NCBI GenBank assembly: GCA_964036045.1
Contig: OZ038378.1
Location: 164,114,001 to 164,178,000, forward strand
Length of the DNA: 64,000 nucleotides
Source: Eutreptiella sp. 'Long Island Sound 2002'
Lineage: Eukaryota; Protista; Euglenida
Reading direction: 5' to 3'
Shown piece after piece: positions 50,588 to 59,805 of this stretch. The translations under genes were made by a program, and so were the position numbers. Under the pieces are notes generated by a model. That model was given only the letters and a program-made list of their open reading frames with translations, made no database searches and was not told where the DNA came from. Each line of letters opens with the position of its first letter. Within the stretch, counting starts at the first letter, position 1.

Positions 50588-52245
50588 TCATACAAAGTCA
50601 TCAATGTCTGAGGCCTTGGCTGCCTCCAGTCCCAAAAGCCCTTGCTCCAGGGCGTTCATGGACATGCAATGGTGCATGTGGCGGAGGGACACACTTGGCC
50701 TCACCAAGGACCAACCCTTAAAACAATTTTTGAGCCTCCTTTTGTAAGGCCCATGCCGATACTCCGTTGGGATGGAGGAAAACTGAAAAATGTTCCTCCA
50801 TTTCTCGGCAAAAAAGGTGGAATGTGCCAAGCACCAATGGATCCACCTGGTGGGGGACCAACCTGACTCTCCCCACGCTTTTGAAAATTTTGTGGTCAAC
50901 ACACGGTGGCGTTCCACTTGGGTTAGAGTGTACAACTCCCTCACCCTCCAAAGCTCATACAAACCCTCAATGCATTTCACCATGACATGCACAACAACCC
51001 ATAACATAGGTCCCCCAGGGGTCCTCACTGTGGGGACATGCTCTTTGAGGCAATCCACAAATTGCCTTTGGAAGGGGGGGGAGGTTAGGAAAACTTTGGT
51101 GCTTGTTAGATCGAAATCTTTTTCTGTGGCCCTCGAGGCCGAAGGGAGGCGTTCCCTGAGAGGGATGCCTGAGGTCTCATCCTTGAGGGCTTGTTTGAAG
51201 GCCTGCAAAGCTGCAAGAGCTTGGGCCTTACCAGGGGTACCAGGGGGGAGGGCCTGAAGGGTGGTCTCAATGCGCTTTGCAATGCTGTTAGGATGCGGCA
51301 TGCTGCATGTTGGTAGTCCCCCGGCCGCCTATCAGGGGTCACACTTCTCAAGAATGCCCCCCCTCTTGAGGTGGACTCCAGCCCCCTTTGCTCAACAATC
51401 CCATTGGGGTCTTTGCACAACCAACACTTAGACCTAGCCCCCCCCATTGCTTGCATCCCCTTCCCATCCCCTGTCAAAATGACAGTGCAAGTCAAAAATT
51501 GGTTTTGAAAGAGGACAACGTCCTCTTCCACATCCCTCACCTCTTGGTTGAGGTTGGCGGAGATGTCCAGGCTTCTCAAAAAAGCCTGTTCATCCCCGCC
51601 ATCCATGCAAAACCATGAGGCCCATAGCTTCACCTTCGAAGCATATTTTGCCCCCCCCCATACATTAACCCATACATCCGCACGGGTAGAGGATGCCTTC
51701 CACAAGGAAGTCGCATCAACTGAAATAACAACAATGGCAACGCCACTAGGGGGGGGTTTCCCGATAACTCGGGCCATAGATATTGCATTTTGCACAATTG
51801 ATTGCAAAGGCACATGGGCAGCTGCCCTATTGCGGCCTGTGGTAGACTTTACAATGGTTGTTTGGGGAAAGTAGGGCATGATCCGTTGCCGAACGGTCCT
51901 TAGGTCCCGTTGTGTGCAACGGCGGGGCATTCGCAAAAGGGCCCGTTGGGAGAGATGCATGCTGCATGCCATGCGTAGCATGCTCAGGGCCTCATGCTCC
52001 TGAGCTGTTAATGCAAGATGGCCGCCAAGTGGGCCAGACAGGGCAGTGCACGCCCCACCACTTAAACAAACTTCGCCTTTGGTGTTGGTGCCACACACAA
52101 CGTTTGGGTCACCCAATAGAACTCGCACCAGCCGCTGAACCGCCTTCAAACGCCGCCGCCGGGCCTTGGGGCACTGCAGATCGGTGTATCGCCGGAGGTT
52201 AGCTGTGTTGAGAGCCCGCAGGGCCTCATTGACAGCACTATCCAT
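50588..52245 (-). CDS. Transib/RAG1-core-like DDE transposase (about 552 aa; one 1-bp frameshift near 51290)
   Basis: KARRRRLK, EALS...LSQR, ISVD, LTGDGKGMQA...CWLC, QHAACRIL, GWSPTRWIHWCLAH, FSSIPTEYRH match the Transib order D, D, CxxC, Hx4H, E. Confidence 0.75.
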
Positions 52246-52310
52246 GAAGAATAAGAGGACCTGGGCACGAAATGAGGGAGGGTTTTGAAGCAAGGGCCCA
52301 AAAAACACAC

Positions 52311-52505
52311 GCGATAACCCACGCGATAACCCCCCCGATAACTAGGTTATCGCGCGATAACGCCCGCGATAACCCCCGCGATAACTAGTTAGAGCGCGAT
52401 AACCCCCCGCGATAACTAGTTAGAGCACCCAGTTATCGCGCGATAACCCCCGCGATAACTAGTTGGAGCAGGGGTTAGTGCGCACTAACTGGAGGGGTTA
52501 GAGCA
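52311..52505. promoter_or_regulatory. CGCGATAAC / TATCGCGCGATA / GTTAGAGCA motif array upstream of the transposase
   Basis: More than 10 motif copies; equivalent arrays at 50398-50520, 54621-54808, 56636-56755 and 57426-57577. The regulatory role is inferred from position. Confidence 0.55.
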
Positions 52506-52743
52506 AGCGTTGGGCACCCTAAAACCTTCACAAACGTTGATTTTGCACCCAGGAAACCTTGGAGATGTCAACAATGTGCAGGCACGGGGTATATGGCGCC
52601 ACAATCACAAATTCAACTCAGTCAAATGGACATGTTCCGGGCTAGTTGCCCCTCCTCAGAGTACACAATGACAAACCATGGTGGGCATCCCAGCAAAGCA
52701 GAAAAAATAGAAATAGTGAACAATAATCGAATCACAAATTACA

Positions 52744-53376
52744 CTAGCTGGAGGGGTTAGAGGAAGCATTGGGCACCCTAAAACCCATGGACACCAGCTG
52801 CTGCCGCCACACAGGCGTGCAGTGCAGAACCCCCCCCGCACTATAAAAAATCACGCTCCATCGCTCGCCCTCCCATGGCAATGGAGCGTGTAGTGCCCTG
52901 GTGTTGAACAACACCGGGGCTTGGGGGGTGGCGGTGCATGCCCAACCCTCCACCGCCCTACCCTTGCACACACGGGTGTGCCGCTTTTTTTCCCTCATGG
53001 AGGGATTCAGCAGGCCACCACTCTCCACCCAAAACTCACCCCCCGTGAAAGACCCCACACACACAATAAGCGCCATGGGCGCCCCATCCCGCAAATGGGA
53101 GTGGAGGCCCATGGTGTCCGTCCCTTGGGGGCGAACAATTTGGATGCTACACCATGTGAACCATGGTGGAGCATGGGAGGTGCAATACCCATTGAGGTCT
53201 GCAACCAAGGGGGTGAGGGCAGGCCTGAGGGTAGCAGCGGCCATGTGGGTCGCCCTAAAATTAGAGGGGTTGGGGTTTCCACTTCCCACGAGGCCGAAGT
53301 GGCACATGTCCACTTGGGCCCCATATCGCTCCTCCCCACGAAAAATGCCCTTGGGCAACCCCCTTAGCAAACCCAC
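52744..53376 (-). CDS. 2OG-Fe(II) dioxygenase, TET/JBP-like; metal motif reads HSH
   Basis: FTWCSIQ, GLHSH, VGSFTGGEFWVE, VLFN.RALH, PWEGERWSVIFY. Confidence 0.75.
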   Translation of the reverse strand: MGLLRGLPKGIFRGEERYGAQVDMCHFGLVGSGNPNPSNFRATHMAAATLRPALTPLVADLNGYCTSHAPPWFTWCSIQIVRPQGTDTMGLHSHLRDGAPMALIVCVGSFTGGEFWVESGGLLNPSMREKKRHTRVCKGRAVEGWACTATPQAPVLFNTRALHAPLPWEGERWSVIFYSAGGVLHCTPVWRQQLVSMGFRVPNASSNPSS

Positions 53377-53379
53377 GAG

Positions 53380-53979
53380 TCATTGGCTCCCAATCCTACT
53401 CCCGCTACCCTGACTCTGCAACCCTTGCGGCGCCAGCCCCTGCTGGGCGGTGAAGGAGGCACTGAGGGTGGAGGTGAGGCTGCGCACCTGCGCCTCAGCC
53501 ACCCCCAAGCGCTGCTGGAGGTCATCCCCCCTCCTCCGCTGCCCCTCCACCTCCACCCTAAGCTGGGCCGCCTCCACCTCCGCCTTCCGCCTCCCCTCTT
53601 GGGCCTCCCTCAGGGCCTCCCTCATCGCCTCCATCTCCTCCCCCCTCTTGGCGGCCAGGTTGAGGGCCTGGTCCAGGGCACGCTGGGTGTTGCCCTGGGC
53701 CTTTTCGGCCTTCGCCAAGGCTGACTTGTGGTCGGCCGACCGACCCTTGGCCAGTGCGGCCTCGAACCCCGTGGCGGCCGCCTGCTCCACCAAAACCTGG
53801 CAAGCGTCCGTCACGTGGGTGGCCACACTGGCCCCCAAGGCCTTCACGTCCAGGGCCTCATGGGGGGGCTGGGCCGCCGCCACCTTTGCCACCTTCGATG
53901 GCTTGGGGGAGGGCTTGGGGGCAGGGGTTTGGCCCTTACCCCTAAGGGGGGGGGGGGCATCCGGCTCAACCACCACCAC
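53380..53979 (-). CDS. Pro/Lys-rich plus coiled-coil ORF, in frame with the dioxygenase across a single TGA
   Basis: Heptad-rich EEMEAMREALREAQEGRRKAEVEAAQLRVEVE; TGA at 53380-53382, CTC, then GTG at 53376 in the same frame. A probable upstream exon lies at about 54290-54588. Confidence 0.65.
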   Translation of the reverse strand: MVVVEPDAPPPLRGKGQTPAPKPSPKPSKVAKVAAAQPPHEALDVKALGASVATHVTDACQVLVEQAAATGFEAALAKGRSADHKSALAKAEKAQGNTQRALDQALNLAAKRGEEMEAMREALREAQEGRRKAEVEAAQLRVEVEGQRRRGDDLQQRLGVAEAQVRSLTSTLSASFTAQQGLAPQGLQSQGSGSRIGSQ

Positions 53980-54620
53980 GTCTGGTCCCCGCTTCGTCTG
54001 GCCTTTTCCCGGCCTTCCCCCCTTGGGTGCATATTGCCGAACCCAATCGGCAGTCGCGCGTCCACCACAGAATTAAAGGGGGGGGGTCATACCCACCAAC
54101 CTGGTGGATGCCCCCCCCCCCTGTGCAACTTCTGCCACACTTCCCTCCCCGTATACTCCCCCTCCCACAAAAAAGACACCCTCAAAAGGAAATAAGATTT
54201 CCTTTGGGGGGGGTCGCTCATCCCAAACAAACACAAAAAAGCCGCAACCGTTTCCCCCTCTGCGGCATTCGGCCACTTGGCCGTTTCCCCCCCAACCCAC
54301 ACATAGGAGGGGAGGGTGAGGTTGGTCTTCCTCTCCACCCCCCCCTCCTTCTCGGTGATGGTGACCTGCCGGTACCATCCCGTCCCCCCCATCCTGCAAG
54401 CCTCATCCCCAGGCTCCCCCCACCGCCACGACGCCCCCTCCGGCAGCCTCTTCTCCCCCTCCAGCTCCAACCGGGCCGCCACCGGCTTGGCGGGCCGTGC
54501 CCCCTGCTGCTTCTGCTGCTCCGCCTGCTGCCTCGGCTGCCTGGGCGTCGTCCTTGACGAAGATACGGGGCAGCTGCAAGATGGTAGCCTGAAAAAAACA
54601 AAAGAAACAAAAAAAAAACA

Positions 54621-54808
54621 CGCGATAACCCGCGCGATAACCCCCGCGATAACTAGGTTATCGCGCGATAACCCCCGCGATAACCCCCCGCGATAACCCC
54701 GCGATAACTAGTTAGAACGCGATAACCTAGCGCGATAACTAGTTAGAGCACCTAGTTAGAACGCGATAACCTAGCGCGATAACTAGTTAGAGCAGGGGTT
54801 AGAGCAGG
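54621..54808. promoter_or_regulatory. CGCGATAAC motif array upstream of the coiled-coil/TET-like cassette
   Basis: Same motifs; followed on the minus strand by a T-rich tract and CAG at 54591-54589. Confidence 0.55.
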
Positions 54809-54824
54809 GTGTTGTGGGAAGTTT

Positions 54825-56504
54825 TCACACCTCGTGACATGGACACATGCCTTGGCCCTCCTTCTTGGCGTCGTCCAGCACCAGGCCCAGCCTCCGCAGC
54901 CACACGAAGTCCGTGACGGCCGCATACTCCCCCACCTGCCGCCACTCCACCACCTGAGCCACCCCCTCCACCTCAGGGGCCACCCTTGCCACTCCCCCAT
55001 ACAACCCCCTCCTCACCACCAAAATGGTGCCCGCCGGCACCTGAATCCCAACATGCCCTTGCAAGGTGGGCCAGGGCAGCGCCTCCCCATGGCACACATT
55101 GGCCAAGGGGCACTGATCGGGGTGGCCTGCGACCGCCCCCGCCTCCTCATTAGTGAGGGGGGCAATCACCTCCCTCCCAATCCCCCACCCCGACAACAAA
55201 AAATGCCCTGTGGTTGTTCCCACCAGGAGCAAGCACTGGGCAGATTGCTCAATGCTGACCCCATTGGGGTCCACCACCACCTCCTGCTCCTCCCCCCCCT
55301 CCACCTCCTCCCCCTCCTGGCATGGCACACAAAGGCCATCTTTGTGGGCGGTGCACAAAATCAGCCGATTGCATCCGTAGCAATTGGCTACCACCTTCCC
55401 CCTACACCTAACCGCCCCATCACACTGGACTGTCCTGGCCACCCGGCCACCAGGTGCCCCCAGCTGGGGCCTTTTAATGGACTGCGCCACGTGCAGGTTG
55501 GGGAATCGAAGATTCCCCCCCTGGGTAAGCTCAATGGCAAAAAATGCCATGAGGCGGGGGTCCCTTACCCCCATGGGGGAGGCCTTGGGAATCCCCGACC
55601 CCCTGTGGACATCAAGGGCATTAAAAAAAAAGGCAGTGCCCCTCTTGAATGGCACAGCCCTCTCCACCCAAGGGTCAGGGAACCCCGAACTGCTGGAGGG
55701 CACAAAAAGAAAATGTGACCCATCCTCCTCCTCATGATTATGGGTTAGCATAATAAGGCAATTGACAATCAATGTGCCTTCAGGAATGGTGTAGGGGGGG
55801 GCGTCGCGATGGAGGTGCTGGGGGGTGTGGTCATAGCTCGAAATTTCGGCCATGTCAAGGATGGTGCAGCTCCATCCGACCCCCCCCACCACAGTCTTCT
55901 TCGCGGTCTCAAGCACACGATCTGCCACCCTTTTGAGGACTGGCAGATCATGGAGCTTGTGGGGGTTGTGCTTGTGGTGGTTGGCACCCCCATAGTTGCC
56001 ATACAATGTGCGGCGGGTCCCAGAATCTTGGGGCCTGCCGACAATGGGGGGGTTCTCATTGAAAATGGGTGCCTTCTCTGAGAGAGGCACCCTATCCAAA
56101 TCATCCAAAAGACTTTGCAGCTGAACGTCACTCAAAAAATCGTGTTCCAGGAGGTGGTTGACCACCAGCTTTCCCCCCACCGTGAGCACAAGGTCATTGG
56201 GGTCCCTATTAAAGGCCCCCAAGGGCTCGGCGGCAACCACCTCCTCCGCCTCCCCAATAAGGGGGGGTGTTGCCCCAAATGGAAAAAGAATCACCCCCTG
56301 CCCCGAAATAATGTTGGGAGTGGTGACCCCATACCACTCACGCTCCCACTCCCTTGTGGGGCAAAGGGAGTGCATGGGGAGCTTGTTTTCGGGGTCGTCA
56401 GTGCAAACCCGGCGGGTGTTGTGGGTGAGGGGTTGGGGGAACCAACCATCCGACTTCCCCTTCCCCTTACCAGGTCTCACCCTTACCTTCTGGACACTAA
56501 TCAT
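54825..56504 (-). CDS. Second 2OG-Fe(II) dioxygenase (PhyH/prolyl-hydroxylase-like) with a Cys-rich C-terminal module
   Basis: QHLHRD, NCLIML, FLFVPSS, AFFFNALDVHRG, PRLMAF; then CxxxxxC...CxxC...CxxH...CxxC. The true 5' end is uncertain. Confidence 0.8.
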   Translation of the reverse strand: MISVQKVRVRPGKGKGKSDGWFPQPLTHNTRRVCTDDPENKLPMHSLCPTREWEREWYGVTTPNIISGQGVILFPFGATPPLIGEAEEVVAAEPLGAFNRDPNDLVLTVGGKLVVNHLLEHDFLSDVQLQSLLDDLDRVPLSEKAPIFNENPPIVGRPQDSGTRRTLYGNYGGANHHKHNPHKLHDLPVLKRVADRVLETAKKTVVGGVGWSCTILDMAEISSYDHTPQHLHRDAPPYTIPEGTLIVNCLIMLTHNHEEEDGSHFLFVPSSSSGFPDPWVERAVPFKRGTAFFFNALDVHRGSGIPKASPMGVRDPRLMAFFAIELTQGGNLRFPNLHVAQSIKRPQLGAPGGRVARTVQCDGAVRCRGKVVANCYGCNRLILCTAHKDGLCVPCQEGEEVEGGEEQEVVVDPNGVSIEQSAQCLLLVGTTTGHFLLSGWGIGREVIAPLTNEEAGAVAGHPDQCPLANVCHGEALPWPTLQGHVGIQVPAGTILVVRRGLYGGVARVAPEVEGVAQVVEWRQVGEYAAVTDFVWLRRLGLVLDDAKKEGQGMCPCHEV

Positions 56505-56537
56505 GAGGGGGTTGTGGGGCTTCTCCTTCCTCTGACC

Positions 56538-56947
56538 TGGCCTCAGACATTGATGACTTTGTATGAAAAACGACCACAAATGCTTTGTGCCAAGTGTTTT
56601 GTGTTGTTTGTCCTAGGGAGGGAGGGAGGAGGGGTGCGCGATAACTACCCGCGATAACTGCGCGATAACTGAGTTATCGCGCGATAACTAGCGCGATAAC
56701 TAGTTAGAGCAAGGTGCTCTAACTGCGTTCTAACTCTGTTCTAACTGTGCTCTAACTCTTTGACCCCCCCCCCAAAAACCACCCCCATGATGCGGGTTAT
56801 GTGGGGAAAGAAAGGGGATGGGGGGTTTTTGAGGGTGCTGAATCCATTTTTTTAGGTGGTTTGCCCCAAAATTGAGGGTAGGTGGGTGTTCCAGAAATTG
56901 CGTTCTAACTAGGGGTTCCGCACCACGCCCTAGAACGCTGCATCCCA
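56538..56947. repeat. About 410-bp inverted copy of the transposon left end (50208-50617)
   Basis: Reverse-complement match with a few substitutions, including the terminal 36 bp, the motif array and the last codons of the transposase (ASDIDDFV*). Confidence 0.9.
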
Positions 56948-57368
56948 TCCCCCCAGCCCCCACCCCCCCCGCATCCTCCTCCTCCTCCTCCACTTCCTCC
57001 TCCTCCTCCTCCTGACCCACATAGAGGGTCGTCTTCGTCCCCGCACCCTTCTCGGCATGAGCGGTGACGGACTCCACCACCGCGTCCACATCCTCGGTAT
57101 GAAGCTGGATCAAAAATCCAGCAACCCCTGGATTTACCTCTAGCAACTCGAAGATGTAGTTGCTGAGAACCAGGGGGTCTCGCTTGTCCGCCATGAAGGG
57201 GGACTTATGGACAAGGAGTCCAAAGTCCACACCATGTTCAAAGCGGGTCGCCAGAGGGCGCCTCACATTGGCATCACCCATCGTAAACCCCTCAGGACCG
57301 CCAAGGCGACGGACCCCAAGGAGCTTTTGATGGTGCTCGCACCAAGCGTGGGCAGCAGCAAGGGCCAT
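56948..57368 (-). pseudogene. Unknown TE-borne protein, truncated by an internal inverted end copy
   Basis: MALAAAHAW...IFELLEVNPGVAGFLIQLHTEDVDAVVESV, homologous to 62242-63228; runs into the terminal repeat at 56947. Confidence 0.7.
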
Positions 57369-57425
57369 TACGAAGAATATGAAAGCTTTGAGAGCTAAAG
57401 CGAAAAGGGGAAACATAAAATGAAG

Positions 57426-57577
57426 CGCGATAACCTACGCGATAACTCGCGCGATAACTAGTTATCGCGCGATAACCCCCGCGATAACCCCCGCGATAAC
57501 TAGGTTATCGCGCGATAACCCACGCGATAACTAGTGCTCTAACCCCGTTCTAACCCCGTTCTAACTAGTTAGAGCAC
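57426..57577. promoter_or_regulatory. CGCGATAAC motif array (subterminal) upstream of the unknown-protein cassette
   Basis: Same motifs; the ORF starts within 60 bp. Confidence 0.55.
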
Positions 57578-57753
57578 ACAAAGATCAAATCGCAAAAAGT
57601 GCAAAACGGGCAATATCGAGCAAACGAAACATGGAAGGCACATTGTTGCATCATAGTGCACCCATGTAACATGTGAAATTCCGGGTTCCAACCATATTAA
57701 CAACACCCAAAATTGGGGGGGTTCCGCACCACGCCCTAGAACGCTGCATCCCA

Positions 57754-58261
57754 TTCGTGTCTGAAATTCTCCGTCCATCATAGCGTCATCCCATTCCGGT
57801 AGCCCCGATGATTCACCCAGGACTCGGATTAGAAAGTCGTCCTTATCCAGCGCCGGCCACGATGAGATGTCAACGTCCATTGCCTTGGCAATTGCCGGGA
57901 GCGACTTGCCGGACTGCGCTAGTCCTCTGATAGCCGTCCAAAGCGACTGATGGGTCGCATACCTCGCGCTTAAATGTTCGGGCCATGGGCCTTTGAACCC
58001 GTGGTCGCGAACCATGCAGTTGGTTTGTCGACACCAGTAGCACGGATTGTGAGCACGCCAACGTTGAAGGGAACCATTCTCGTTGTTATGGGCTTGAGTA
58101 GTCACGGCGAGCGCGTTGCGGTCGTTAGGCACCACAAGCTGTCGGTTCTTTTTCCCATGATTTGACTTGGTTTCCTTCGGGGTAGAATTGCTTGACTCGG
58201 CCCACTTCGTCAACAGTTGTTGCATTTGCACCAAAAGTTCGGACTCAGGACTCTTCGGCAT
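57754..58261 (-). CDS. ORF1 of element 2, 5' part, with a CX2CX4CX4H knuckle
   Basis: ATG at 58261 (MPKSPESELL); CYWCRQTNCMVRDH; truncated by the TIR at 57753. Confidence 0.8.
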
Positions 58262-58378
58262 GTCAGCGATGATGATATGAGATAATGTAAACAAATTCAA
58301 AAAGCCTTGTCGTAAGGGACGTCGTATTTGAGAGAGCTTGAAGTCCTGGTTGTTTTTCGTTCACAACCAGTTTGTCCA

Positions 58379-58759
58379 AATGGCAAGCACGGCGACAAAC
58401 GGTGCACAAGAACAGCTGCTCACAAATGCATTAATAGGCTAAAACCAGCGTGAATGTCACATTGGGATAGTCGGTCACAAATCTTCAAAACGAATCATTG
58501 TTTACCATAGCCCCGTGTATAACTCATGCCAATTTGAACCTCACACCTTTCGCTGTTCCAAAGACTCGCTCAACAATGCACATGTCCACTTTAGTAGACA
58601 AACATTCAATCACACAAATAACAACTGACCACCAATGCCAGGCCATCACAGGTAACCGGTGCTGAGAAATCAAGCATGATACATCCAACCTTCCGTCAAG
58701 GCTACAACCTCAGCAAAACAAAACACACTGTGTATTCACCAAACTACAAGAGAGAAAAA
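58379..58759. repeat. 381-bp terminal direct repeat (5' copy; pseudo-LTR)
   Basis: Matches 42959-43339. Confidence 0.95.
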
Positions 58760-59149
58760 AGGATGGATGCGCGTGCGTCTTTATGTCTACGCGTAGGCCT
58801 AAGCGCTATTTCTACTTAGCCATTCCCCAAATTGGCAGACGCCACCTCAAGAACCCTGGTCAATGGCAAACAATACACGGATGTGCCATAACAACACACC
58901 GCAACAAACAATGTGCATTGATTTTTGGGTAACCTTATGGTGAGCATAACCTAGCATACCAAGAATACCCCCCCAAAACAGCCATTTTGGCACATGTACC
59001 TAGTGGTTCTGTGTGCCCATGGGATATAAAAAAATGAGTTTAGCACCCTGAAAATAGGGGGGGGGGTCAAAAAACCAGAAAGCCAATTCCATACACCCAC
59101 ACCTGTGTGTGGCAATCTACACTTTTTGAGGTATTTGTCAGTATACTCG

Positions 59150-59245
59150 AAGTATTGGAGAAGTATTCTTGCCGTATACTTCGGAGTATACGGCCGTATA
59201 CTCAGAAGTATACGGCCGTGTATATATATACTTGGAGTATACGGG
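59150..59245. repeat. GTATACGGCCGTATAC palindrome array (left)
   Basis: Several overlapping or partial copies of the 16-bp perfect palindrome. Confidence 0.85.
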
Positions 59246-59805
59246 GACTTTCTACCTTCCACCCATGCCACCATTCTCATCACCTACCCCTCCCCCTTGC
59301 ATTTACTCATGACCCTGCAACCCCCAAACACATTGTACACACAAAAGAGCACCATATGAGCAAAGCTGTTTTGCTTTTTTGTTTTTCTGCTGATATTTGG
59401 TTTTTCTTCATATCACTGTTATCTCATTTGATCTTTGTTTTGCTTCTGTCTTTCTCTTTGCTCTCGTCCTTCTTCTTTGCAGTGGTTGTGTTGCCTTGTT
59501 TGGTTGGTTGTGTGATTGACCTATTCGCATCTTTCCCCTGTTCTGTGACGAACCTTGAGTGCGTTGTCTTATGCTCTGTTTGATCTTATGCCAGTTTTAG
59601 GCTTGGCTGTGATTTGATTGTTTGCATGTTTGTTTTTCGATGTTGCTATCCTTGAGTGTTTTGTCCTGGCTTGTGAATTGCTGGCTTGGCTGCTGTTTGT
59701 GTGCTTGTTCGGTTTGGTTTGTGTTTGGCTATGGTGGGTGAATTGTGTAACCATGGATGCATAACGTTGGCGTTGATCCATGGGAACAGGACCCACATGG
59801 CGCCA

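Larger units (their letters stand above)
50208..57753. mobile_element. 7546-bp cut-and-paste transposon with Transib/RAG1-like transposase and cargo genes
   Basis: 36-bp perfect TIR TGGGATGCAGCGTTCTAGGGCGTGGTGCGGAACCCC (50208-50243 and 57718-57753); TT TSD (50206-50207 and 57754-57755); host frame restored on excision. Confidence 0.9.
42959..58759 (-). mobile_element. Penelope-like retroelement 2 (about 8.25 kb without its insertion) bounded by 381-bp direct repeats
   Basis: Direct repeats at both ends; ORF1, ORF2, GIY-YIG, then RT; RT homologous to element 1. Confidence 0.8.

Noticed and set aside
42959-58759. Ty1/Ty3 LTR retrotransposon
   Set aside because: The repeats lack TG...CA ends; no protease, RNase H or integrase; the RT has Penelope-type DK(G) and motif A and is paired with a GIY-YIG.
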